A stretch of DNA of 61,682 nucleotides, the filler included, from Actinomycetota bacterium (lineage in GTDB: Bacteria > Actinomycetota > Acidimicrobiia > IMCC26256 > VFJJ01), in the NCBI GenBank assembly GCA_009886115.1. It is 5 parts of 5 records of this genome, joined end to end, with 100 filler letters (N's around TTAATTAATTAA, not from the genome) between each part and the next. Parts side by side here need not be neighbours in the genome. Positions count along the whole stretch, not along the records: positions 40,072 to 61,682 come from VFJJ01000091.1; 4 more parts are not named here. One strand, written 5' to 3'. The notes under the pieces were generated by a model, which saw nothing but the letters and a program-made list of their open reading frames with translations, was not told where the DNA came from and searched no databases. Of the stretch, positions 49,775 through 59,417 are shown piece by piece. Both the position numbers and the translations under genes were made by a program. The number at the start of each line of letters is the position of its first letter. The stretch's first letter is position 1.

Positions 49775-50869
49775 CTACCGGTCGCGCGCGTCTCGGAAGA
49801 GGTCCCGGAGCAGGAGCACGTTGGTCACGAAGGCCTTGGTCTCGTTGAAACGTCCGCGGGCCCGGGTCGAGGCCAAGCCCTGGTTGTACGCCGCCAGCGC
49901 AGACTCGACGTTGCCGCCGGTCTCGTCGAGGAGGTAACGGAGGAACCGGCACCCCATCGTGATGTTCTCGACAGGATCGAGCGGATCGAGCTCGGCGTCG
50001 AGCCCCAGCAGTTCGAGCGAGACGAACTCGACCGTGGCCGGCGTCAGCTGCATGATCCCGACCGCGCCCACGACCGAATGAGCCCCGTTCTGCCAACCCG
50101 ACTCCTGGTGCCCCACGGCCATCGCCAGCGAGACCGAGACATCGAACATCGCGGCCGAGCGGACGAAATGGATCGCCAGATGGCGACGGGCCGGCTTCAC
50201 GAAACCCGGGAGCCGGGCCAGGTCGAAGACGACGCCCGGGACCGTCAGCTCCCGCCCGATCGAGACGAGGTTGGGGTTGACGATCCCGTTGGCGGCACTG
50301 ATCGCACGCACGGTGACGCCATAGCGGTCGGCGATCTCGGCGAGCGTCTCCCCGGAGCCCACGACGTGGACGAACGGGATGCTGGCGGGCGCCGCCGTGC
50401 CTGCGGCCTCCCCGGCGAGCGCTGCCACCGGGATCTGCAGCCGGGTTCCGGTGCGCAACCGGTTCGGGTCAGCGAGCGCGTTGACCCGGGCGATGGCCTC
50501 GACGCTCGACCCCGTGCGACGGGCGATCATCTCGAGGGTCTCACCAGCCGCGACCGTGTGCTCGTGCGAGATCGCGGGCTCGCGGGCGTCGATCCCCTCG
50601 TTGACGTCGCTGGTTGCGGCGACGGTCGCCGCGTCGGCGATCGACGTCAAGCCCGGGATGGCGAGTCGCTGACCGACGAGGACGAGATCGGGATCGGTCA
50701 GGGAGTTGGCCCCGGCGATCTCGTCGACGGTCACGTCGTAGCGCTGCGCCAGCTCGCCGACGGTCTCACCGTCTCGTACGACGTGCTCGAGCGGAGCCGC
50801 GGCGAACACGCCGCTGCCCACGAGCGCCGCCAGCACGGCCACCGTGCCTGTCCGTCGCGACCGAATCAT
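49775..50869 (-). CDS. LysM x3 + lytic transglycosylase (SLT) cell-wall protein
   Basis: Signal peptide, three HxVxxGETL/V repeats, QESGW, GAVGIMQL, LAAYNQG. Confidence 0.9.
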   Translation of the reverse strand: MIRSRRTGTVAVLAALVGSGVFAAAPLEHVVRDGETVGELAQRYDVTVDEIAGANSLTDPDLVLVGQRLAIPGLTSIADAATVAATSDVNEGIDAREPAISHEHTVAAGETLEMIARRTGSSVEAIARVNALADPNRLRTGTRLQIPVAALAGEAAGTAAPASIPFVHVVGSGETLAEIADRYGVTVRAISAANGIVNPNLVSIGRELTVPGVVFDLARLPGFVKPARRHLAIHFVRSAAMFDVSVSLAMAVGHQESGWQNGAHSVVGAVGIMQLTPATVEFVSLELLGLDAELDPLDPVENITMGCRFLRYLLDETGGNVESALAAYNQGLASTRARGRFNETKAFVTNVLLLRDLFRDARDR

Positions 50870-51071
50870 CGTGCGTCCTCCACCCCTCGACCCGTCGTCA
50901 CCCCTCGACCCGCGTGTCGACGCGGTGACGATGTTGCGTGTGAGCTTAGTGTGGCGGATGTGGTTTGGGGAGCGTCATGCGACAGGGGCCCGGTCCCGGC
51001 CCGCCCGGCACCCAGGGCCGCCTCGTGCGACCTGCCTCGTCGTGGTCGGTGTGGTGTGGTGGCGGCGTGGT

Positions 51072-52694
51072 TCAGGTCGCCGGCGCCGACCGCCGACGCT
51101 CGGACGCCCGCTCGGCGTCGAGACGCTCGAGCCCGTCGGTCACCCCGTGGTCGACGTGACGCATCGCGTCAGCGAGCAGCCCGTGCCCGGCCTGCTCGGC
51201 GATGAGCCGGTGCATCTCCTGACAGACCGCTCGGTACGACGGGTGGCCCTGCGGGCTGGTGCGCAGCTCCAGCATGTGCATCGCCTCCCGAGCGTTGCAC
51301 TGCATCACGAAGCCGATCCGGTAGCCGAGCGACACGGCGTACTGCGCCTGCACGGGAAACTGCTCGACGAGCAGCGCGTGGAGCTCAGCCGAGCGTCCCA
51401 TGGCCTCGTGGTAAGGCTCGGCCAAGCCGGCTTCGGCGATCGGAGCTGGAAGCTCGTATCCGTGACGGGTCGTGAGCTGTTGCCACTCGACGGTCAGCAT
51501 CCGGTGCCGTTGGAGGTCGCGGAAGGCGCCGTAGTCGCAGCAGATGTCGAAGCGGTAGTCGGTGCGCTCGAAGGCCCGGCCGGGCTTGTGGCGGCGATTC
51601 ACGCGGTCACCCACGTAGGCCTGCACCAGCGCGGCCCGATCGGCCACGCCCATGCGGCTCACCAGGTCGAGCAGGTCGGCTTCCCGACGCTGCGTGTGCG
51701 GGTAGAGGATCGCAGCCAGGACCTTGTCCTCGCCCGCGGGGTCCCAATCGAGCAGCGTCACCATCGGTCGATCGGGCCGAGAGCCGCCCGCGTCGCCGTC
51801 GTCGTCGTCGACGAACCGGTCGGCGAGCTCTCGGGTCGCTTCTCGGGTCCGTTCCAGGTAGGCCGTCCAGGCGCCGCCGCGATCGGGTCGGTCGACGCGC
51901 TTGAGGAACGACGGGATCACCTTGCGCAACTCGGTGAGCATCGACCGCGCGTAGGTGCGGGCCTCGGGGAGCGGATGGGCGCGCATGCGCAGCAGCAGCG
52001 CCTCGTAGGCCTGTCCGGTGCCGTAGATGCCCACGTTCGAGAGCGTCGACGCCGGCAGCAGGCCCCGCAGGGCGTCGCAGGCCTTGGCCCGGATGGCTGA
52101 CTTGTAGACCATGTCGGAATCGCCCCGCTGCTTCGGGAAGCGCTCTCGGGCCCAGTCGGTCATCTGCGGGAGCAGATCGCGGTACGTCGTGAAGATGGCG
52201 TCCATGGTCGCGATGTACTCGGCGGCGACCGACGACCGGAACTCCGGCGGCCGCAGGTAGCGGAAGCGACCATCGAGACGGCGGTCGTACTCGATGTAGC
52301 GCGTCGACTGCTCGAGGTACGCCGCCAGCCGACCCCATTCGAGGACCTTGGTCAGCACGTTCGACGCCTGCTCGCAGGCAAGGTGGACGCCGCCGAGTTG
52401 GGCCACCGAATCGTCGCCGTACTGGACGAAGACCCGCTCGTAGAGGTCCTCGGCCCGCTTGAGCCCGATCGTGGCGTCGACGGTGAGATCGCCGCTCATG
52501 TCGAGATCGCCCACGAACTCATCGAGGAACAGCCGCCGCAGGCTCTTGTGGGTTCGGGAGTAGCGAGCGAACAGTGCGCCCTTGACCACTTCGGGCAGGT
52601 TCACGAGGGCGAACACCGGACCGTCGAGGTTGGTGAAGTACCGCCGGAGGACGACGGCCTCTTCATCGGTGAACGGTTCCTCGACGTAGCGCAT
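51072..52694 (-). CDS. thyX: FAD-dependent thymidylate synthase, duplicated-domain form
   Basis: GALFARYSR, YGDDSV, LEQSTRY, RDLQRHR, LRTSPQGH. Confidence 0.9.
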   Translation of the reverse strand: MRYVEEPFTDEEAVVLRRYFTNLDGPVFALVNLPEVVKGALFARYSRTHKSLRRLFLDEFVGDLDMSGDLTVDATIGLKRAEDLYERVFVQYGDDSVAQLGGVHLACEQASNVLTKVLEWGRLAAYLEQSTRYIEYDRRLDGRFRYLRPPEFRSSVAAEYIATMDAIFTTYRDLLPQMTDWARERFPKQRGDSDMVYKSAIRAKACDALRGLLPASTLSNVGIYGTGQAYEALLLRMRAHPLPEARTYARSMLTELRKVIPSFLKRVDRPDRGGAWTAYLERTREATRELADRFVDDDDGDAGGSRPDRPMVTLLDWDPAGEDKVLAAILYPHTQRREADLLDLVSRMGVADRAALVQAYVGDRVNRRHKPGRAFERTDYRFDICCDYGAFRDLQRHRMLTVEWQQLTTRHGYELPAPIAEAGLAEPYHEAMGRSAELHALLVEQFPVQAQYAVSLGYRIGFVMQCNAREAMHMLELRTSPQGHPSYRAVCQEMHRLIAEQAGHGLLADAMRHVDHGVTDGLERLDAERASERRRSAPAT

Positions 52695-52745
52695 GATGGC
52701 CGATGGTATCGGCGGCTCCTGCCGAACTCGGGGACCGCCCGAGCG

Positions 52746-53441
52746 TCAGACCCAGAGCGAGACCTGGCTCGCCAGGACCTCGACGGACACGTCGGCACGC
52801 GACCCGATGAGATGGCCGTCGACGGTCAAGGTCACTGCCTTGGCGAAGGTGATCCGGACCATGTGACCACTGACGATCGTGATCGCCGGGTGCGGCACGT
52901 GGGTGCCCGATGCCAGCCGCGACCGCATCTCCCTGCGATCGTCCGGGGGAACGTCGAACACGACGATCTCGGCCCGTCCGTCACCGGGATGGCCCCGCGG
53001 GGCCAGGTCGGACGAGCCGAGATACTGACCGTTCATGACGGCCACGGTCGTTGCCGAGGTCACCGGCAGAACGCGGCCATCGACGCTCACCGCCACCCCG
53101 ATCGACCGATGGCGGCGCCGGAGCGCGCTCGGATCGATGCCGAGCACCACGGAGTTCACCGCGAGTCGCTGCCCGAACTGCTCGCCGGCGAGCACCCGCA
53201 GCACGTCGATCGGAAGAGCCGTCGTCGGATCGGGCGCCGGGGCGACGCCGGCCGGCCCCGGGTCGGAGCGCAGCCCGATGGCCCGAGCCAGGTTGCAGGT
53301 CTCGGTCGGTCGGAACCGCACGAGCCGGCCCGGTCCGACGTGCTCGACGAGCCGGGCCAGCGCGGCATCGTCGCCCGTCCCCTCGATGTGCGCCGGCCCC
53401 GCCGACGGGCTACCCCACGGCTGGCCCTTGGCGATGCTCAC
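52746..53441 (-). CDS. diacylglycerol-kinase-like protein (degenerate)
   Basis: NLARAIG, NGQYLG, APRGHPGDG, GTHVPHP, VDG; canonical GGDG absent. Confidence 0.65.
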   Translation of the reverse strand: MSIAKGQPWGSPSAGPAHIEGTGDDAALARLVEHVGPGRLVRFRPTETCNLARAIGLRSDPGPAGVAPAPDPTTALPIDVLRVLAGEQFGQRLAVNSVVLGIDPSALRRRHRSIGVAVSVDGRVLPVTSATTVAVMNGQYLGSSDLAPRGHPGDGRAEIVVFDVPPDDRREMRSRLASGTHVPHPAITIVSGHMVRITFAKAVTLTVDGHLIGSRADVSVEVLASQVSLWV

Positions 53442-56077
53442 GATCCGACCACGCTCGATGCTGCGATCACCCCACGGAACAAGCCGTCGGCCGCCCGCCG
53501 GGCGGTGGCGGCCGTGCCCGCGTCGGTGGCGTGGTCGGCCACCTGTCGAAGGAGATCGAGGAGCTGCTTGACGTTGCGCACGAAATCCCCCGGCGAGAGT
53601 GCCTCAGGATCGTCGGCGTCGATCACCTCGTCGAGCCGTCGACCCGCGGTCCAGCCGTACGCGTAGGCGACGAAACCGGGGTCGGGCGCCCGGGTCTCGG
53701 GGAGACCGGCATCGCGCTCGGCCAGCCAGAGCGCTCGGGCGAGCCGTTCGAGGTCGTTCCATCGTTCGAGTAGGCCCGGATCGGGCCACGGGATCCGCGT
53801 TCGGGCCCGCTCGTCGACGGGTCCTCGGCGCTCGTAGGTGAAGCAGCTCACCATCGCGGCCATCGCCGGGGCGTCGAGGTCGTCGAGCAGCCCGGCCCGC
53901 AGCGCCTCGACGACCAGGAGGTCGCATTCCGCTGCGATACCGGCCAGGACCTCTCCGGCCGGGGTCAACGTCCAGCCCGTGACGTCGACATGGCCCCACC
54001 CTTCCAACAGCGCAAGCACCCTGTCGAAGCGCCGGGCCAGGCTCTCGGAACGACCCTCGACCCGATCGGTGAGACGGCCGATCTCGCGTCGGGCGCGGTC
54101 GAGGCGCTCGGCTGCGGCCAGGTGGCGCCGGAGGTCGACGCATCGCCCCACCGGATGCTCGGCCAGCTCCGCGCTGAGGTGCTGGACGGAACTGGGCCGG
54201 GGCCGGGACCGAGCTGGTGCCGCCGACACCGGCGCGCTGCGGGCGAGCTCGAGCACGCGCCGCTGCCACCCGTGCTGGTTCGGCGTGTAAGGAAGCGGGA
54301 GCTCGATCGAGCCCGCGACGCGGGGGGCATCGCCGAAGTCGGCGCACCCGAGTTGGAGGCGCTTGCCGTTCGTGGTCAGCACGGCGATGTGCAGACCCCG
54401 ACCTCGGCGGATGGCCTGTTGCAGCACGACAGCGGTGTCGGACCCGTCGACGTGCACGATGTCGCCGGGCCGGAGCCGCTCCATCGCCGCATCGACGGCG
54501 ACATTGACGCCGCGCGACCGCCGTGCCCGCTCGAGCTCGTCGACCAGGTTCCGGTATCGATCGATGTCGCCGCGTGCGCACTCGGCCGCTTCCCGGTATC
54601 GATCGGCTTCGGCCCTGATCCGTTCGAGGCGTCGCTCCATCTGGACCACGGCCTTGTCGGTCCGGTATTGGGCGAACGACAGGTTGAGGAGATGGTGGGC
54701 CTCGGTCCGGTCGGTACGACGCATCAGGTTGACGGCCATGTGGTACGTCGGCCGGAAGCTCGAGGTGAGCTCGTAGGAACGGGTCGACGCCAGAGCGGCC
54801 GTCTGCTCGAACGTGACGAAAGGATTCCACAGCGCGACGGCGTACCCGATGGTGTCGATTCCCCGGCGGCCCGCCCGTCCGGTCAGCTGGGTGTACTCGC
54901 CCGGCGTCAGGAACTCGTGATGCTCACCGGTGAACTTCGTGAGCTTCTCGATCACGACCGTGCGCGCTGGCATGTTGACGCCGAGCGCCAGCGTCTCGGT
55001 GGCGAAGACCAGCTTCACCAACCCGGCCGCGAAGGCCTCCTCGACGGCTTCCTTCATGGGCGGCACGGCGCCGGCATGGTGTGCGGCGATCCCCCGTCCC
55101 AGCGCGTCGAGCCAGGCCGGGTAGCCCAGCACGGTCAGCTCGTCGTCGGAAAGCACGCCCACCTTGCGTTCGGCGATCTCGACGATCCGCCGGCGTTCGT
55201 CCTCGTCGGTGAGCGACACGCCGTTCCTGATGCACTGGCGGACGGCGTCGTCGCACGCGGCCCGACTGAAGATGAAGGTGATCGCCGGGAGCAAGCGCTC
55301 GGCATGGAGCGCATCGAGCACGTCGGTGCGGCTGGGCGTGAACAACACCTTGCGTCTGCGGGCGCCCGGCTGGCGACCCTTGGTGGCGTTGGCCACGAGC
55401 CGGCTCACACCGGGGTTGGGTCGGAAGTCGTCGCCCACGAACGTCGGCAACATCGACACGTCGCCGGAGTCGCGCGAGCCCACCATGTACAGATGGCGCA
55501 GCACGACCGGGCGGCGTTCCTCGATGACGACCTCCGTCTCGCCCCGAACCGTGGTGAGCCACTCCCCCACCTCCTCGGCGTTGGAGACCGTCGCCGACAG
55601 GCACACCAGGTCGACCGTCTCGGGAAGGTGGATGATCACCTCCTCCCACACCGCGCCCCGTCCGGGATCTTGCAGGTAGTGGACCTCGTCGAGCACGACG
55701 TACCGGAGCCCCGTCAACGCCGAGGACCCGGCGTAGATCATGTTGCGCAACACCTCGGTGGTCATCACCACCACGGGGGCCTCGCCGTTGATCGAGTTGT
55801 CCCCCGTGAGCAACCCGACGCGGGCTTCCCCCAGGCTGCGCTTGAGATCGCCGAACTTCTGGTTCGACAGCGCCTTGATCGGCGTGGTGTAGAAGACCTT
55901 CGCCCCCACGGCCAACGCTCGGGCGACGGCGTACTCGGCGACGACCGTCTTGCCCGAGCCGGTGGGCGCCGCGACGAGCACCGAGCGGTCGGCGTCGAGC
56001 GCATCGAGCGCCCGGCCCTGGAAGTCGTCGAGAGGGAACCCGACGTTGCTCTCGAACTCCTGGCGAAGGTCGCTCAC
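53438..56077 (-). CDS. helY: Ski2-like DEAD/DEAH RNA helicase
   Basis: APTGSGKT, TPIKALSNQK, DEVHY, LSAT, HHAG, ATETLALGVNMPA, GRAGRRG; DSHCT tail GDFVR; next to tatC. Confidence 0.92.
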   Translation of the reverse strand: MSDLRQEFESNVGFPLDDFQGRALDALDADRSVLVAAPTGSGKTVVAEYAVARALAVGAKVFYTTPIKALSNQKFGDLKRSLGEARVGLLTGDNSINGEAPVVVMTTEVLRNMIYAGSSALTGLRYVVLDEVHYLQDPGRGAVWEEVIIHLPETVDLVCLSATVSNAEEVGEWLTTVRGETEVVIEERRPVVLRHLYMVGSRDSGDVSMLPTFVGDDFRPNPGVSRLVANATKGRQPGARRRKVLFTPSRTDVLDALHAERLLPAITFIFSRAACDDAVRQCIRNGVSLTDEDERRRIVEIAERKVGVLSDDELTVLGYPAWLDALGRGIAAHHAGAVPPMKEAVEEAFAAGLVKLVFATETLALGVNMPARTVVIEKLTKFTGEHHEFLTPGEYTQLTGRAGRRGIDTIGYAVALWNPFVTFEQTAALASTRSYELTSSFRPTYHMAVNLMRRTDRTEAHHLLNLSFAQYRTDKAVVQMERRLERIRAEADRYREAAECARGDIDRYRNLVDELERARRSRGVNVAVDAAMERLRPGDIVHVDGSDTAVVLQQAIRRGRGLHIAVLTTNGKRLQLGCADFGDAPRVAGSIELPLPYTPNQHGWQRRVLELARSAPVSAAPARSRPRPSSVQHLSAELAEHPVGRCVDLRRHLAAAERLDRARREIGRLTDRVEGRSESLARRFDRVLALLEGWGHVDVTGWTLTPAGEVLAGIAAECDLLVVEALRAGLLDDLDAPAMAAMVSCFTYERRGPVDERARTRIPWPDPGLLERWNDLERLARALWLAERDAGLPETRAPDPGFVAYAYGWTAGRRLDEVIDADDPEALSPGDFVRNVKQLLDLLRQVADHATDAGTAATARRAADGLFRGVIAASSVVGS

Positions 56078-56155
56078 ACCGCCGAGGATACGGTTCGGGC
56101 CACGGTCACCCGGCGCACTCCGGAGGGTCGGCGCGCCCGCTCGCTGCTCGGGTGT

Positions 56156-56953
56156 TCACTTCTTGAGGATGCGGCCGAGGATGATCGCCGCCTCGTAGAA
56201 GATGTACATCGGCAGAGCCATGAAGAACAGCGAGAACGGATCTTGCGACGGCGTGATGATCGCAGCGAAGACGATGATGAGCAGGAAGGCCATCCGTCTG
56301 CTCTTGCGGAGTCGTTGCGTGGTGACCATCCCCGCGAGCAGCAACAGCATGATCGCGATCGGGAACTCGAACGAGACGCCGAACGCCGCCGACATCAACA
56401 TGATGAACGTGATGTACTGCTTGGCTTCGAGCAGGGGACGGGTGCCGCTGCCACCCACGCTGAGGAGGAACTCGAGGGCCTTGGGCAGGGTGATCAGCGC
56501 CACGGCCACACCGAGCGCGAACAACACGACCGCCGAGAGGATGAACGGGATCGCGTACTTGCGCTCCTTGGGCTGAAGGCCCGGCGAGACGAACCGCCAC
56601 ACCTGGGTGATCACCACCGGAAACGCCAGGATGAAACCGCCGTAGCTGGCGACGGTGATCCGTACGATGAACCCGTCGAGGGCACCGAAGTACACGAGCT
56701 CACAGCTTTCCTGCGTGACTTCGTCCGGGCCCGGTCTCGTGCCGACATCGCCGGGGACATCGACGGCCTCGCAGTACGGGTCCGAGAGCCACTCGATGAT
56801 GTCGGGGGCGAACGCGAACACCACGATCGCCCCGACCACGATGGCCAGGAGGGAGATCATGATGCGGCGTCGGAGCTCCCCGAGGTGCTCCATCACCGTC
56901 ATCTCGCCCGGCGGCGGAGCGTCGGCAGGTCGGCGTCTGAGCCGCAGCCTCAC
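56156..56953 (-). CDS. tatC: twin-arginine translocase subunit TatC
   Basis: MTVMEHLGELRRR, QVWRFVSPGL, FEFP, ITPSQDP. Confidence 0.95.
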   Translation of the reverse strand: MRLRLRRRPADAPPPGEMTVMEHLGELRRRIMISLLAIVVGAIVVFAFAPDIIEWLSDPYCEAVDVPGDVGTRPGPDEVTQESCELVYFGALDGFIVRITVASYGGFILAFPVVITQVWRFVSPGLQPKERKYAIPFILSAVVLFALGVAVALITLPKALEFLLSVGGSGTRPLLEAKQYITFIMLMSAAFGVSFEFPIAIMLLLLAGMVTTQRLRKSRRMAFLLIIVFAAIITPSQDPFSLFFMALPMYIFYEAAIILGRILKK

Positions 56954-56975
56954 GTTCGCCTCCCGGGCGTGGTCG

Positions 56976-57491
56976 TCATTCGGCAGCCGTGTGCGTTGGC
57001 GGCTCGACCGGCAGCTCGACCGATGACTCCGAAGGCGACAGCGGCGCTCGCATGCCTCGTCCGGACGCCGGGTCGGCGTCAGGGGTCTCGTCGTACGACG
57101 GCCGCTCGACCGGGGTCAGCGACTGCGAGCGCAGCGCGGTCGAGCCCACCCGGCGACCGGCCGCGGGATCGGCCTCGGCGGTCGTCTCGTCGTGGTACGG
57201 CGACACCGCGCCGCCATCGTCGGACTTGGCGAGCGAGAGCGTCGACGGGGCCGGGCTGGCCTCGGCGACCTTGGCCGGCAAGGTCGGCGGGTCGTTGCTC
57301 GAGGCGCCGAACGCACCACCGGTGATGTCGAGGGTCTCACGGAGCTCGCGTTTGATCGTGCCCTGGAACTTCTTCAGCTCCCGCATCCCCCGACCGACCT
57401 GACGTCCGATCTCGGGCAGCTTGTGAGGCCCGAAGACGAGCAGGGCCACGACGAAGATCACGAGGATCTCAGGCGTCCCCAGGTTGGGCAT
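56976..57491 (-). CDS. tatB: TatA/TatB-family translocase subunit
   Basis: EILVIFVVALLVFGPHKLPEIGRQVG..REL; long disordered tail. Confidence 0.8.
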   Translation of the reverse strand: MPNLGTPEILVIFVVALLVFGPHKLPEIGRQVGRGMRELKKFQGTIKRELRETLDITGGAFGASSNDPPTLPAKVAEASPAPSTLSLAKSDDGGAVSPYHDETTAEADPAAGRRVGSTALRSQSLTPVERPSYDETPDADPASGRGMRAPLSPSESSVELPVEPPTHTAAE

Positions 57492-57585
57492 GACGTTCCC
57501 TCCGTGGCTGGCCCGAGGATGCTACCGAACAATGCCTGCGAGCCTTGACGCAGCCTCCGACACGGACGGCCGGCACGTCTCTTCG

Positions 57586-57819
57586 TCAGTAGGTGCTGCT
57601 GCGACGTGAGCGCACCCGGACCGGTGCCAGGGCCACGCGGAGGTGGCGCAGCTCGGCGATCGAGGCGTCGAACGACCGCACGTCTCGCCGGCGGGGTCCG
57701 TTCGGGGGCAGGGATCCGTCGCTCCTGGTGAGCAGCAGCCCGGCCAGGGCCGAGACGGCCGTGCTCAGACCGAGCACGATGCCCTGTGTCGACCCGCTCA
57801 GCTCGATGATGCGATCCAT
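57586..57819 (-). CDS. small hypothetical membrane protein
   Basis: GGAGG RBS before ATG; one hydrophobic segment. Confidence 0.5.
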   Translation of the reverse strand: MDRIIELSGSTQGIVLGLSTAVSALAGLLLTRSDGSLPPNGPRRRDVRSFDASIAELRHLRVALAPVRVRSRRSSTY

Positions 57820-57879
57820 GACGCCTCCCTGGCTCTGAAACGCGATGTCGCTGCGACGTGGCGTCGCCGACCCTGTCCT

Positions 57880-57924
57880 CGGATGTCGGATGTCGGGATG
57901 TCGGATGTCGGGATGTCGGATGTC
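57880..57924. repeat. GGATGTC-based tandem repeat (15-bp unit, three copies)
   Basis: Direct reading; abuts the stop codon at 57923. Confidence 0.85.
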
Positions 57925-58279
57925 AGCCGCGGCTGCGACCGTCGTTCGTCGTCTCGGACGAGTCGCCGACGAGCTCCTCGAACCATCCCTCGCGCTCGAG
58001 GAGCAGATGGAAGTCGAGCAGGTCGTCGTAGTTGATCGACGCTCCCTCGCGGGACTCGCTCAGCTCGGCGGGGAGGGCCCAGACCTCCATCTTCACTCCT
58101 GAGGACACGAGCAGGTCGACGATGCGACGCTCGGCAGGCTTGGCCACGCTGCGTCCACAAAAGGGACAGGCGAAGCAGTATGCGCCGGCGTTGTCATCGA
58201 CACACACCCGGACCTTCAAGTCGCTCGGGCGCAGCTGCACGTCGCCGCACTCTGGGCAACTGGCTCGGATCGTCGTCAC
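57923..58279 (-). CDS. small Cys-rich putative Zn-binding protein
   Basis: MTTIRASCPECGDV..YCFACPFC..LLVSSG..DDLLDFH; AGGAGG RBS before GTG 58279. Confidence 0.8.
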   Translation of the reverse strand: MTTIRASCPECGDVQLRPSDLKVRVCVDDNAGAYCFACPFCGRSVAKPAERRIVDLLVSSGVKMEVWALPAELSESREGASINYDDLLDFHLLLEREGWFEELVGDSSETTNDGRSRG

Positions 58280-58558
58280 CGTGGGGCCTCCTGGGAACCG
58301 TCCGTGGTTCTTCCCGGAACATCTCGTGTCCCTCCATCGGCCACTGCGGCAGGTGGTTAAGCGACCAACCCGCGTGCTCCCCAAGGCCAGCCAACGTGCC
58401 CGAGATGGGCAACTTGTGGAGGTTCAGGAGCACATGCCCGCCCACCCTGGCCCGACGGACACCACGCAGAGTGATCGAGAACGGATCAACCGACCCGACG
58501 AGCTCGGACATCTCGGGCCGAGACGCGCCAGACCGGACCAGGTGCGCGACGATGCATC

Positions 58559-59269
58559 GTGGCCCCGATCACCTTCGCCCATCGCGGCGGCCGAGCCGAC
58601 CGTCCCGAGAACAGCCTGATCGCCTTCCGCGATGCCATCGCTCGGGGGTGCACCGGTCTGGAGTCCGACGTGCACCTCTCGGCTGACGGTGTTCCCATGC
58701 TCGTGCACGACCCCGTCGTCCACCGGGGTCTGCGCCGGCTCAGGATCGCTCGAACCTCGGCCCAGGAACTCGAACGAGCCGGCGTGGTGGCCCTGCCGAC
58801 GGTGTACGAGGAGCTCGGGACGGCGTTCGAGCTCTCGCTCGACCTGAAGGACCCGCAGAGCGGACCCGCCACGCTGCAGGCCGCCCGCAACGCCGGTGAT
58901 GAGGCCGAGCGGCGGCTCTGGCTGTGCGCGACGAAGGTTGACGACCTCGTCTCGCTGCGCGCGCTCAGCCCTGTGGTGCGGCTGGTGCACTCGGTGCGGC
59001 GGAACGTGCTCGGCTCGGGCGTCGAGCGTCATGCCGCATCGTTGTCGAGCTCCCGCCTCGACGCCATGAACATGCATCGCAGCGACTGGACGCTCGGGCT
59101 CGTGACGCTGTTCCACCGATTCGGCGTGGCGGCCTTCGCCTGGGATGTGCAGGACCTGCGCCACCTGCGCGCGGCGCTCGCCATGGAGGTCGACGCGCTC
59201 TACAGCGACCACGTCGACCGCATGGTCGCCGTCGTCGCCGAATGGTCAGCCGGAACCGACTCCTTGTAG
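58559..59269 (+). CDS. glycerophosphodiester phosphodiesterase family protein
   Basis: FAHRGG, PENSL.AF, ESDV..SADG..LVHD, DLK, AW, YSD. Confidence 0.9.
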   Translation: MAPITFAHRGGRADRPENSLIAFRDAIARGCTGLESDVHLSADGVPMLVHDPVVHRGLRRLRIARTSAQELERAGVVALPTVYEELGTAFELSLDLKDPQSGPATLQAARNAGDEAERRLWLCATKVDDLVSLRALSPVVRLVHSVRRNVLGSGVERHAASLSSSRLDAMNMHRSDWTLGLVTLFHRFGVAAFAWDVQDLRHLRAALAMEVDALYSDHVDRMVAVVAEWSAGTDSL

Positions 59270-59346
59270 CTCCTCGGCCTCAGACCTGCATGACCCGGGG
59301 GCCCGGGCGGATGGGGTCGATCGGCCCCTCGATTCCCTCCTATCTC

Positions 59347-59374
59347 TCAAGCGTGGCCAATCCTGCACCGATGG
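59347..59374 (+). promoter_or_regulatory. putative sigma-28 (FliA/WhiG-type) promoter
   Basis: TCAAG-N15-ACCGATGG about 45 nt before ATG 59418. Confidence 0.35.
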
Positions 59375-59417
59375 ACGGTCCGACACGCGTCCGCTCGAGA
59401 CCAGGGACCCAGCCACC

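Noticed and set aside
50870..51071. c-di-AMP (ydaO) riboswitch upstream of the LysM-SLT gene
   Set aside because: Conserved ydaO elements were not seen; only a 14-bp direct repeat CACCCCTCGACCCG is present
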